Part shown: one piece after another, positions 52,824-64,000 of the stretch
Layout: each line of letters begins with the position of its first letter
How positions within the stretch are numbered: the first letter of the stretch is position 1
DNA from: Macrostomum lignano
Lineage: Eukaryota
DNA length: 64,000 bases
Assembly: GCA_002269645.1 (NCBI GenBank)
Contig: NIVC01001121.1
Span: forward strand, 239,807-303,806
Reading direction: 5' to 3'
The notes under the pieces: model-generated
Told to the model about the DNA's origin: nothing
The model's input: only the letters and a program-made list of their open reading frames with translations
Databases searched by the model: none
Program-made: the position numbers and the translations under genes

Positions 52824-55800
52824 TCACCTTGGAAACCGTCGAGCCTCAACCAGTTTGACCCGGTCGTAGCCCAGTAGGCCGCGCAGCAGCTTCAATTCCT
52901 TCTGAGTGGGCTGCTGGTAGAGCAGAAAATCGTCGCCGTGAACAGAGTAGGGAATCTCGATGAACCGCGCCAGACCAACGTGAAGCGCCACAGTCAGCAG
53001 CTTTGTTGTCAGCATCGGGTGCAGCAGAGCTGCGTCCGAGCTGGTGTCCAGCTGCCGCGGAGCGCCGCCAGCAGCCTGCAGATGATGGTAGGTCCGTCGT
53101 TGAGCCAGACAGTCCAGCGTGCGCCGCTGGCGTTCCAGCTCCTGCATTGTGGCATCGTCGGGCGTCGCGCTAGACGGCGCGTTGGCCAACGAATTCGCCA
53201 GAAGGCGCAGCTCGCGCGAGTCCCACAGGCAGCAGCGCGTGTCGACCGTTAGTCGGACGGCGATGTCCGGTCGACGATCGTGGGGGATCCGCTGCCTGAC
53301 GTGGAACAGCTCGGGCTGGAGGGACCAGCTCAAGTCCAGCTGCATCTGCTTGTCACTCCAGCTGTTCAGCAGCTTCAACTCCGCAGGCCGTTGGCCGCAG
53401 CGCAATAGCAAGTTGCATCGTTGGCCACTGTTAGTAGCAAGTCGAGTGACGTGGGATCGCAATGTTTTGCCTTTTAAAGATCTAAGCAGCCTTTTATCTG
53501 CTGCTCTGCTTTCTTTCTGGATCTCCAGCTGCTCGGGAAGCAGTTGCCAGCAGACCGAGGCGCCTTGGATTCCGGCTGCCACGCCTTCGAGCTTCACGTA
53601 GCTGTACTGGCTGAACAGCTCGGCTTCACTCAGCTTTGCCGCCTCAATCAACCAGCGCATTCGGGTCTCAAGGAAGCGTGAAAGAACTTCTCGTTGTCTG
53701 ACAATCTCCCAAAATCGCGGCAGTCGATACTTGCAACACTTTTTTCCTCTCCTCTCCGAGAGAGTTTTTAGCCGTCGCAGCTGAGCTGAGCGGACACTGT
53801 TCTCGCCAGATATTTTTGACTTTCGAGCGAACTTCAGCTTGTAGAGAGCCTGCCGGCGGACTGAACGCATTCGCTCCTGTCGCTTGTCCACCGTTTTCTC
53901 GTTGTTGAATCCCGCTGTTGAATGTCCGTTGCTTTGGCTGCTGGTTTTGGAACTTTGCCATTTTTTGGCGGCTGTTTCTTCTCCCGACGGCACATCATGT
54001 CGAGTTTCCGCTCAAACTTCTTAACGATCTCAAGTCTTATCGTATCCATTTTCTTGGAGAATTCGCTAACCAGTCGGTTCTGTTGCATCTGCTCGCTAGA
54101 AAGAATTGATGGATGCCTGTAAACCCGTGTGACATCCTGCTTCTTCATCTCTTTGACTAAAGCCTCTTCGCTATCGTCTGGATGGGGACTTGGTAGGACA
54201 GTGACTTCAACGTACTTCTTCATCATGTTAGAGATGCGTTTAACATTGGTTTCCGCTGTGTCCACAGTGCGCTGCACCTCGTCGCGGGCCTTTTTAGCGC
54301 GTACCGCAAAAGACTCAGTTTTCTTAGGTTGCACCTCCGCTGGCTTGGGCGTTTCCGCTGGCTGAGATTGCTTCTTTTTCAGTTTTGCCTTCAATCGTTC
54401 CTCAGTTGTCATTGGAGTGGAGTTCATCTTCGGTTTCGTTTGAGCTACAGTCGGTGTACTCTGTGCTGTCTGCGCTTTAGGTGACTTCTTAGCCTGCGGC
54501 GAACTATTCTTGATGCCTGCGTAAAGCGCTTGAAGCAAATTGTACGCCTTTGAGCCCACGATTTTCAAGTCTTGGCTGTCGTATTTCGCGCCCTTTGTGA
54601 GTAGCAAATTAGCCAGCGGTATTCTTTCACCTGGCGCGTCGTCTGACATGATTGCGAGGTTTAGCACTGTGAAGCCTTCAGGTGATCTCCTGTTCACGTC
54701 GGCACCCTTGGCAATCAATTCCATGACGATGCTCTGGCTACCCTGCTTGCCGGCAATCATCAGTGGGGTGAAATTGTCACCGCGTCTGGGGATGTCCAGC
54801 TTAGCCGTCGGCGGTGTGAGCACGTTGACCATAGCCAAGTCTTTCTGCCTGCAGGCAATATGAAGCGGAGTTTCTCCATCGCTTGAGAAAAATTCGAGAT
54901 TTGGATTCGTTGCCTGAAGAATAAATTTCATTGCTTCTAGGCTTCTCCTCTCGGCAGCAATGTGCAGCAAGGTGTACTGCTTTCCTTCGTAATCGAATAA
55001 TGAGTCCATATTAAAATGCTCCAGAGTGTTCCGCGTTGTTAAAACTTTTAACAAATTGGTTCGATTTAGCAGAACACTGTAGTACAAAGCGTTGCGACCT
55101 TGTGAGTCCATTTGAAATGGATCCGCATTGGAGTCGAGTAGAAGCTCGAGCAGAACTGTGCCATTCAGCGTAGCAGCGATCGAGCAGGGCGTCTTGCATT
55201 CAGACTTACCCTCCGGCATCAAGTTCGGATTAGCTTTATGATTAAGCAACACTGTGGAAATATTTAAGCTAGCGGTTTGTACTGCCAAACTTAGAGCGCT
55301 GAAGCCTTTCTTGCTAAGCATGTTGACGCTCGCGGAAGCTTTCAGAAGGCGTTCAACAATTCCAAGACTACCGCTACGCGTAGCGGCCATCAGAGGTGTC
55401 ACGCCTTTGGCGTCAGCGCAGTCCGGTTGAAACCCTCGATCGAGGAGGAACGAGACGATGTCTTCAGTGCGGTTCTCGCAAGCAACGCAGAGTAGCGGCG
55501 CGTCTCTGAGCAGCTATTGGCCTTTTCGAGGCTTGCACCTGAATCTAGCAACAATTTCACCAAGTTCAGGTTCTTGGACATGATTGCCAGACGAATGGGC
55601 ATCTCAGCCGCCAAGTTTGGCTCGTTGATAAGCCTCACCAAAGCTGGAAGCTCCGTCAAGTAGCGAACGATAGACTCGCGGCCAAGACGCGCCGCAGCGT
55701 GCAGCACCGTATTGCCAGCAGAGTCCTTGCCGTCGGGCTGCAGAACTTTGTGGTGCACCAAAATCAAGTGCTGCAGCATTGACAGCTCGGCGTACTCAGC

Positions 55801-56717
55801 GACGTGGAACAAAGCTGTCCGCCCTTGTCGTCGGCAGCGTCGATTGCAACACCCTGCTTCATCATTTCAGCGACGAATGTCTTTTGATCCCATGGCTTAG
55901 CCGCCTCGTTTATTAGATGGGCCAAAGTCGACGGGGTCGCTGTCAGCGGTTGAGCAGCTAATCTGGGGTCGTTGGCAAGCCAGCATGATGACTGTCGCCC
56001 GTCTTCAGTGACAGCCTTAACATCGGCGCCCCACTTTATTAGCCTGGCCGCCATGGAAACTTTCCAGCTTCTACAGCGTGCAGCAGTGGAGTATAGCCTG
56101 CCGAATCCCGATCGTTAATTATCTCCGCAAGCCTGCTCTCGCTGATGTACTTGTAAATTGGCCAGGCTTTGCCAGCTCTAGCCAGCATCATGAGCACAGT
56201 GCGGCCATGCCGATCCCTGACAGCGAGATCGGCTCCGGTTTTCTCCACCAGCAGGTGCTCAACTATGGCCACGTGACCACATTCGGCCGCAACAAACAGA
56301 GCGGTCTTACCGTCCCGATCAACTGGAACCTGACTGGCGCCGGCTCCCAGGAGACACCGGGCGAGCTCTAGACGACCCTCGGCTAGCGCGTGCATTAGAG
56401 CTGTTCGACCTTGGCGTCTTGAATGTCCAGCTTGGCGCCATAGTTAACCAGGAGTCGCAATAGCGGCTGGTGACCGTTCTTAGCGCAAGATCAACGGCGT
56501 TTGGCCATCCAAGTTTAGATCGTTGATGTTGGCCCCGTTCTTGACAAGACATCGGACTACGTCCAAATGGCCATTGACGAGCTGCTAGTATCGGACTTAA
56601 GCCGTCTCTCTTAGACTTCTCGTTGACTACTCTGTACTTGGTCAGCTCAAAGCTTCGCAGATCAGCAGTCAGCCGCCTGTCCATTGTTAAGACTCTGTTG
56701 ACGGCTTTTAGTCCCAA
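52824..56717 (-). CDS. Ankyrin-repeat protein (~1,280 aa if joined) with Lys-rich linker and unrecognised C-terminal domain; nested antisense in an MPDZ intron; frameshifted in this sequence
   Basis: Consecutive minus-strand ORFs 56319-56717, 56039-56395, 55764-56054, 55399-55812, 53834-55402 and 52824-53993 carry many ankyrin motifs (GKTALFVAA, GNTVLHAAA, TPLMAAT, GETPLHIAC, TPLMIAG) and join by frame changes with no intervening introns. Confidence 0.85.
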
Positions 56718-57646
56718 CTAGCAACGAAGCTTGCAATAAAGCTGGCTCCAGCTTTCAAAAACCGTTTTGCAACAACGCTGTTTTAGGAACCAACATTATA
56801 AAGCATTTAGTAGGAACCAACATTATAAAGCATGCAGCCAGGGTTTCCACGGAAAAGCCTTTTCAATCTCAAAGCATGCGCGGCACGACCGCGAATAAAC
56901 CAAGGGCCGGCCCTAGCCTGATAGTGATAGTACTCAGTCCGTGTACTGTACGCCCCAACACACGCTGGGGTTGTCGCAGTGTACACACCGCTTGAACGCG
57001 CCTAAACGTACGAAAGCGCTAATCTAGATTCAGAAAGACTGTCTTCTTTAATAACAAAATGCAAAATAAAGCTGAAACTCGACTCAACGCTTTCGCAAAA
57101 ACCATTGCCTGCCTTCTTTTATATGAAGTGGAGGTTCATGTTTCAGCCGCCTTTGATACCAGACTAGAAGGGCTAGAGCAAGTTTAAACTCGATTTAGGC
57201 AAAAGGCTTACTAGCTTACTGTGTGTACTGGCCCTAATGCCCTTCCTCTCTTTCCCGTGTGTGTCAAGAAACTTGCTCTAGCAGGCAGGAACAGGGGGAA
57301 TGCGCTGCTAATTCAGCTATATTTTCTTCTTAACCCTCGCCTCTCCTCCTTTAGCCTTTCCATTCTTCTCTCTCTCAAGGGAGTGATAGCGGAAGAGAGA
57401 GGAGAGGGAATGGGGGGTGTTTTGGGGGGGGGTTGCCTTTCAGTGTACGAGCGTAAAAACTGGGGGAGAGGGGGGGGGTTGGGGCATTGTACAGTCCAGC
57501 TGCGTTTATTTTTATCTGACCATCGTTTGACCCTACTGCTAGTAGCCAAGCAAGAACTCTTTCGACATTCGATGCAAGTCGAGTCGATGTTAAGTGACTT
57601 TAATAAAATAAGTTTTGATTTCCATTTATCCCATCTCCTTCGCCAG

Positions 57647-58389
57647 GTGAATGGCAAAAAGCTTTACGGCTTGAATCATCTCGAGGTGGTTGAGATTCTA
57701 AAAAACTTGCCGAAATATGTTCGAATCGTGTGCGCAAGGCCAGTGCAGAACCGTCTGCAGCAGGAGGACGGAGACGTGGCGGCAGCTTGCAGAGACGATG
57801 CCGACAGTCTCGACATCGACCAGATGGACGACGACGATTTGATGACAACTCGGAGCCGGACGACTCGAGAGTCGCAGCCCGAGGCAGACTTAAGCGCCGC
57901 AGACGGGAACGCCAACACTGCGACGCTGCCTTCAAGAGGCGGCAGCGGCAGCGGGAACAACAAGAGTCAATCATTCGACGATTTTTCCAACACCGGCTAC
58001 TGGTCGAATATTCCGACAGTGGTGGAGCTGGAAAAGACACCCGCTGGCCTGGGCTTCAGCGTGTTGGACTATCAAGATCCGCTGAGCGCCGATGAGACGG
58101 TGATCATCATACGCAGTCTGGTGCCGAACGGAGCAGCGCACAGGGACGGCCGACTTCTGCCTGGCGATCGTCTGCTGTTCGTGAACGACACCAACTTGGA
58201 ACGGGCCAGCCTGGAGGAGACGGTTCGCTGCTTGAAATCCGCGCCCGCGGTCGCATTGCCATCGGGGTGGCCAAGCCCCGACCGTTGGCGTCGGCATCGG
58301 CGGAGCGCAAGACCAGCATCGTGGACAATCGGCATCTGCCTGCGTCGAGCGGGCCGCGGCAGAGGCGGCAGCAGCAATGGCTTAAGACG
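57647..58389 (+). CDS. MPDZ: MPDZ-like exon, end of PDZ4 plus PDZ5; apparent 1-nt deletion near 58244-58246
   Basis: cgccag|GTG continues DELLE-VNG in phase 0; GLGFSVLDYQDP...DGRLLPGDRLLFVN; adding one C restores APRGRIAIGVAKP; |gtaagt at 58390. Confidence 0.92.
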
Positions 58390-58824
58390 GTAAGTCTTCT
58401 CATGGGAGAAACAATATTCCCAATTATTTTCTTTGCTCCAATTTAGCCGGATGCCTATCGCTCGAAGCTTTGTTCACTGAATCCTGAATATTGTTCACGG
58501 AAAGGAATATTATAATTAATCCTACTTCCCAGCGAAAGTTCGCAGGTTTCTGATTTTAGCTCGTAAATCAGCTATACGTATTTCTTTGTACTCGAATTTT
58601 TGGAAGGATGGAAGAACTTCATGCGTCACAGCGCCGATCAGGTTAAAGTTAAGCGTGTTGTTTCATATTGACTGCGAGATACGAAGCTTTTTTGCAGTAG
58701 CTCGTGTACTTTCCCAGCACGAATCTGACGGAAATTTGACAAAATTGACAACTTCTTTACCTTAGAAAACATGGCAATCAAAGCAAAAAAAACTTTGAAT
58801 CCCAATTGCCTGGTTTGGCTGCAG

Positions 58825-59559
58825 TCAAACCTGTCAACGCCTCAGCTGTCGCAGCATCAGCAACAGACTGCAGTCAAGCACCGGCCAATTCAGATCAGCA
58901 GCTCCTCCGTGTCCTCTCGACTGGACAGCATCGAAGAGGATTTCGCTGGCACCGACAGCTGCCTGCGAGAGCACGCAAGAGCTCTGCGGCTCGACCTGAC
59001 TAACAGCATCGACCCCGACTCTTGTCAGCGAGGCTCGAAATTTTCCAGCGCAGGCACTCGATCAAGAGCCTCTGTTGACTCCTCCGCAGCTACCGAGGAA
59101 GAACTGCGCCACTCGGAGACTCCCAGTTCGGAAGTGTTGAATTGCTATAGTGCACAGATTGTGCAGCAAGCAATGTCCACTGTGCTGGCACAGCTGGCTT
59201 CGGAATACAAGCCCAGGCCTCATCCCAGCACCACCAGTACGAGGAGCTCGGTCGCCTCCACCCTGTCCCCTTTCGACACTGCCGATCCGCTGTCCATTGT
59301 TGAGTGCCATGACGACGAAGCCAACTCTGCTCATCGAATCGTTGCCTCGGCAATTGAAGCGGCTCGCAGACAACTGCTCCAGCAAGATCGACACATGCCG
59401 GACGGGAAAACTGTTCTCACCTACGCTTCTTCCAAAACATCGGCGTCTTCCTCTTCATTAAATAGTTTGGCGTCATCCTCGTCATCCGGAGACATGCTGA
59501 TCGAGCTGGAGCAAGTCGAAGACTGCGGCTCCGACACCGATGCGCTGTTCAACCACCAG
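58825..59559 (+). CDS. MPDZ: MPDZ-like Ser-rich linker exon
   Basis: ctgcag|TCA phase 0; long open frame; CAG|gtgaga donor. Confidence 0.78.
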
Positions 59560-60429
59560 GTGAGACAGAGCAGCTCCCACGAAGAGACGCACCCTTCCGC
59601 TCGACGCGTCGTCAATGTCTGTCGTGTTGTGGTACCTGTCCTTTTTAGTTATGCAGCTAATAGTTATAATAAAAGACCCTGCTTGAAGGCTTCTTTCTGT
59701 TCTAACAGTAGGTTAACACTTACCTAACTGCATGTCGTCGTTAGTTGAGTATTTTTTTTGTGTCGTTAATTATGATTTTTTTTTGTATTTTCTCTGTGTT
59801 AGATTTTACACTTTGCTGTAAGTTCAATGCGTACTTTTACACCAGATCGACGTACTTGACGCGGATTTATACACAGCTTTCAGCTACCAGCGATCTACTC
59901 TGGAGGTAACCTTACCAACATAAATCACAGATGTAGCATCGCATGTGCACATTGAATAAATTCTTTAGGAGCTATTTGTCAATAATTGAGCATGATGTTG
60001 GTGAAATCAACGACCATATATCCCTGTCACAGTTGAGAGTTGGACTGATCGGTAATCGAGATCAATACCCAGCGAGGTGAATGGGTCATGGTAGTTTGAG
60101 AAGCTTGACAATTTTTTATCCAAAGCAAAACTGCTTACAAAATTTCTGATACTTCAGAGCAGTTTGATCCTGTCAGCTTCTACTATTCATGTAGCTCTAA
60201 CAAGTGCATTGAGTAGAACCTGAGAACCCGTTTTTGCGCTTCTCGATTGAATATTATAGTTACTCAGCAGCAGCTACATACACTGTAGTCACGCGGCACA
60301 AAACTGTCACTGGTGACGTGTTGAGGCCGGTTTGCGATAGACTAGTAGCTCCGCAGTTGGAATATTGCGCAAACGTATTTTAAAAATGGTCTTTAACAAC
60401 TTTAAACGGATTTAGCAGCAAAGGCCAAG

Positions 60430-60830
60430 GGCTTTAGCACCAGGGGATTAAGCACCAGGGCTTTAGCACCAGGGGATTTAGCACTAGGGGCTTTAGCACC
60501 AGGGGATTAAGCACCAGGGGCTTTAGCACCAGGGGATTTAGCACTAGGGGCTTTAGCACAAGGAGCTTTAGCACCAGGGGCTTTAGCACCAGGGGCTTTA
60601 TCACCAGGGGCTTTAGCACCAGTGGCTTTAGCACCAGGGGCTTTAGCACCAGGGGCTTAGAACCGGGGGCTTTAGCACCAGGGGCTTTAGCACCAGGGGC
60701 TTTAGCACCAGGGGCTTTAGCACCAGGGGCTTTAGCAACAGGGGCTTTAGCACCAGGGGGTTTAGCAACAGGGGCTTTAGCACCAGGGGCTTTAGCACCA
60801 GGGGCTTTAGCACCAAGAGCTTTAGCCAGC
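60430..60830. repeat. 15-bp minisatellite (GGGGCTTTAGCACCA)
   Basis: Same unit as at 14.6 kb and 15.6 kb. Confidence 0.96.
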
Positions 60831-60915
60831 TGCCGTGACGCCAACCGTGCATAATCACGTGCACGCAAAACTATCGAGTTACTTGCAGCTGTTTCCGTTG
60901 TCTCGTCGTCCACAG

Positions 60916-61053
60916 GAGCTGCTCGATGCAGAAGCGGAAATCGACGACGAAGAGGACGAATTGGTGCTGATGCGACCGCCGCGACAGGTGGCCTTCGGCG
61001 GTGCCACGTCGATCAGCTACTTCGGTGCATCGACTCCTCCGCAGGTTCGTGCT
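60916..61053 (+). CDS. MPDZ: MPDZ-like acidic linker exon
   Basis: ccacag|GAG phase 0; donor |gtgagt at 61054 (alternative at 61045). Confidence 0.72.
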
Positions 61054-61193
61054 GTGAGTTGGCCACGTAGTTTGAGTACAGGGTTTTGCTATGCGCCACT
61101 TTTTATTAAATACGGGGTGAAGCAAGCAGCCTACTTAGTTTCAGACTAACCTCTGACAATTCCGCTTAACTCTGCTTAAAATCAACACCGCAG

Positions 61194-61483
61194 GTGTCTC
61201 AACCGATGCAGCTGCAGTTGCCGCAGTCAATGGAGCGCTGCCTTCATATCAGACCTCGTCCTGGCGACACCCTCGAACTCGGCCTCGTAGTTGAGTCAGT
61301 GGACTCTGGCGTCAACGGGTGCATCATCCGCAGAGTCCTTGAGGGCGGCCTCGCCCACTCCGAGGGCAGCCTGCAACCGTGCGATTTTGTGACGGCCGTC
61401 AACTCGGAGTCTCTGCGGCGCCTGACAACGTCCGAGGCGAGAGAGCGACTTCGATGCGCGGGCGCACTTGGCCGAGATTTGTT
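61194..61483 (+). CDS. MPDZ: MPDZ-like exon, PDZ6
   Basis: ccgcag|GTG; LGLVVESVDSGVNGCIIRRV...DFVTAVNSESLRRLTTSEARERLR; TT|gtgaga phase 2. Confidence 0.87.
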
Positions 61484-61705
61484 GTGAGACTCTTTGAATC
61501 TTTGATAGAGCGCTTCTTCAGAGTCGAGAAGGAAGTGCTGAATTAGCGAACATGGCTTTTTACCATTGGCTCTCGTGCAAGTTGACGAGCAATAAAATGC
61601 GCTGTTACGTCATCCCGTCTTCCCGGAGTTGATAGCGCACAGATTTAATACTTCAAGTAGTTGATACAAAATCGTTTGTTTCCTCCATCACTTAATTCAC
61701 TCCAG

Positions 61706-61822
61706 CATCCGATACTACTCAGCGGCAGACATATCTCGACACCTGACATCGTTCAAATCGCACCAATCTGAGTCGCAGAGCTCAGCGGAGCACGGGCTGC
61801 ATAGTCGCTACGAGTATGCTAT
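61706..61822 (+). CDS. MPDZ: MPDZ-like linker exon (phase 2-2)
   Basis: actccag|C gives F-IRYYSAAD...; AT|gtgagt donor. Confidence 0.7.
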
Positions 61823-62066
61823 GTGAGTCATCTTCACGTATTATTCCTTGTTGATGACGTTGGCAACTATTTCTAATTACATGTAATCGAATTCAGTAAC
61901 ATATTCGTAGAATTTGGCTCTGTTACCTGTTTGACTGTAAGACGGTAAATTCCACCTTTAGGACAGGTAAATCCACCTGTAAAACGAGTAGCTTAAGTCA
62001 CAAGCTGGGAGATACTAACAACTGGTAGATACCAAGAAAATTTCAATCGCCCAACGCAATCTTCAG

Positions 62067-62532
62067 CGTCCACTATTCGGACGAAGATCAGCGTAGCGGC
62101 TCAATGTCACCTCAGCCCACCAAGCCAGCGAGGACCAACGGAGCAGTCGACAGCGAGTCGATCATCTATCTAGACGAGGACGAGCGCGCCCTGGCCGAGG
62201 CGGCGGCAGAACAGGTCCCAACTGAAGCGGAAGTGCCAACAGCCGACGAAGAGCCCGCAGCGACGCCAGCGCAGACGCTGCCGCAGGCACGCGAGAAGTC
62301 GTTGTCGCTGGATGGCTCTCCGGCGAACGCCAACGCCAGCAGCTGGAGCGAGCCGCGGCTGGTCAGACTGCGCCGGGATGCCAACCGCAGTCTCGGGGTC
62401 AGCATTGTGGGCGGCCGAGTCAACGGCCACGACCTGCAGCAGGGCATCAGCGGAGTCTTCATCAAGCAGGTGGCCGAGGCTGAGTCCAATAGGCGAGACG
62501 GCGTGCTCAGGACTGGCGATAGGATTTTGGCG
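62067..62532 (+). CDS. MPDZ: MPDZ-like exon, linker plus first part of PDZ7
   Basis: cttcag|C phase 2; WSEPRLVRLRRDANRSLGVSIVGG...GVFIKQV...LRTGDRILA; |gtgagg donor. Confidence 0.9.
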
Positions 62533-62564
62533 GTGAGGCTTACTAATAAAGCAATGGTGCCGTC

Positions 62565-62730
62565 CTGACATCCTGACCTCCTGACATTCTGCTATCCTGA
62601 CATCCTGACATCCTGATATCCTGACATCCTGCCATCCTGCCATCCTGCCATCCTGACATCCTGACATCCTGACATCCTGACATCCTGCCATCCTGACATC
62701 CTGACATCCTGACATCCTGACATCCTGATA
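62565..62730. repeat. 8-bp repeat (CATCCTGA)
   Basis: Direct reading. Confidence 0.93.
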
Positions 62731-62848
62731 CATCAAACAATCGCTGTCTCTGCATTAAAATATTGCTTTACTTGCAGTAATCGAATATTACACACAACCT
62801 ATTCTAGAATCAATAAATGAAGATCAATAACTTATTCATTACGCCCAG

Positions 62849-62959
62849 GTATGCGGCCAGGACCTGACGCACGCAACTCACGATGAAGCTGTCAATTTAA
62901 TTAGAAACGCGCCGTCTCCAGTTGAATTCTGCATTCAATCTCTGCTGAACCCTTCGTGT
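62849..62959 (+). CDS. MPDZ: MPDZ-like exon, end of PDZ7
   Basis: gcccag|GTA; VCGQDLTHATHDEAVNLIRNAPSPVEFCIQSL; |gtaagt donor. Confidence 0.88.
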
Positions 62960-63234
62960 GTAAGTTCTATCGTAGCGAGTTCTACACCAAGCCCACTTGT
63001 TCGTTTAGAGAACACCTGTAGCTTTAATTTTTTATAGCAACTCTTTCGAGCTTGCAAAGCGAGTTCTCCGCTGCTTTTAGAAGAAAAATACTTCCCTAGC
63101 AGAATTCCACAGACTGTTCGAGCGACCTATGCGTACACTTGTTCTCTTAATATATTAATATACCATGGAATAACTCATCGTCCCAAATGATGCATAGATG
63201 CATAGCATCTATCGCCATAGCACTTTTATTTCTG

Positions 63235-63577
63235 TTATCATATCATAATATCATAATAATATCAACAATAATATCATAGTAATACTTGATTACACCTGCC
63301 CTAATGGTCAAATGTGCAAACCGACAGCTCAGCCGCAGCTATTGCGCGTTGCATCTGAAGGCTGCGTATGGCTGTTCAGTCCAAAGACTGGAGGGGGGTC
63401 CGCACACACACCCTCAATTACCCCAGCTAATGCTGGCACCCATTTTACAGCTGGGTGAACTGAAGCAATGCAGATATGTGTCTTGCTCAAGGCACAAATT
63501 ATTCCAGTTGGATCGGGAATCGAACCCCTGACCTTTCAGTCATGAGCCCGATGCTCTAACCACTAGACCACAACCCC
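63235..63577 (-). mobile_element. tRNA-derived SINE with CORE-like domain and AT-rich repeat tail
   Basis: Minus strand: A box TGGTCTAGTGG, B box GGTTCGATTCC, CORE-like GTGCCTTGAGCAAGACAC...CAGTTCACCCAGCTGTAAAATGGG, then a (TATGA/TAT)-repeat tail. Confidence 0.8.
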
Positions 63578-64000
63578 ACTTAGGCTACAACCCCCACTAG
63601 GCGTACAAACCCCCCACTAGGATACAACCCCCACTAGGCTACAACCCCCACTAGGCTACAACCCCCCACTAGGCTACAACCCCCACTAGGCTACAATCCC
63701 CACTAGGCTACAACCCCCCACTAGGCTACAATCCCCACTAGGCTACAACCCCCACTAGGATACAACCCCCACTAGGCTACAACCCCCCACTAGGCTACAA
63801 CCCCACTAGCTACAACCCCCCCACTAGGATCAACCCCCACTAGGCTACAACCCCCCACTAGGCTACAACCCCCACTAGGCTACAACCCCCCACTAGGCTA
63901 CAACCCCCACTAGGCTACAACCCCCCACTAGGCTACAACCCTCCCCACTAGGCTACAACCCCCACTAGGCTACAACCTACCCACTAGGCTACAACCTCCC
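63578..64000. repeat. ~18-bp minisatellite (CCCCACTAGGCTACAACC) derived from the SINE 5' end
   Basis: Reverse complement GGGGTTGTAGCCTAGTGG matches the first 18 nt of the adjacent SINE head at 16/18 positions. Confidence 0.92.

Noticed and set aside
56784-56833. 23-bp direct repeat TAGGAACCAACATTATAAAGCAT upstream of the ankyrin ORF
   Set aside because: Two adjacent copies only; best explained as a small local duplication
51723-60395. TTAAAGACC...GGTCTTTAA as possible Kolobok-like ends around the ankyrin gene
   Set aside because: Only 9 bp match, and the interval would include MPDZ exons

Overview
Eukaryotic (invertebrate animal, probably flatworm-like; inference) genomic DNA with GT-AG introns, most of them filled by minisatellites. 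No prokaryotic operons, CRISPR arrays or rRNA were found, and most long ORFs in the track are translated repeats. Genes: three 3' exons of a CRAL-TRIO/Sec14-like gene (731-5478, +); an orphan two-TM gene (9418-10140, -); tRNA-Ser(AGA) (14939-15020); a candidate gene at 22121-24011; and 13 exons of an MPDZ/PATJ-family multi-PDZ gene (32803-62959, +, continuing beyond the last exon found). Its 8.3-kb intron holds an antisense, apparently intronless ankyrin-repeat gene (52824-56717) with an unrecognised C-terminal domain and several frameshifts. Mobile DNA: an LTR with a tRNA-Leu PBS stranded in a minisatellite, a non-autonomous PIF/Harbinger carrying a Myb/SANT ORF, a 254-bp TA-flanked MITE, and a tRNA-derived CORE-like SINE whose A-box seeded a tandem array. 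Two RFX X-boxes mark candidate promoters. All family assignments come from motif recognition, not database searches.
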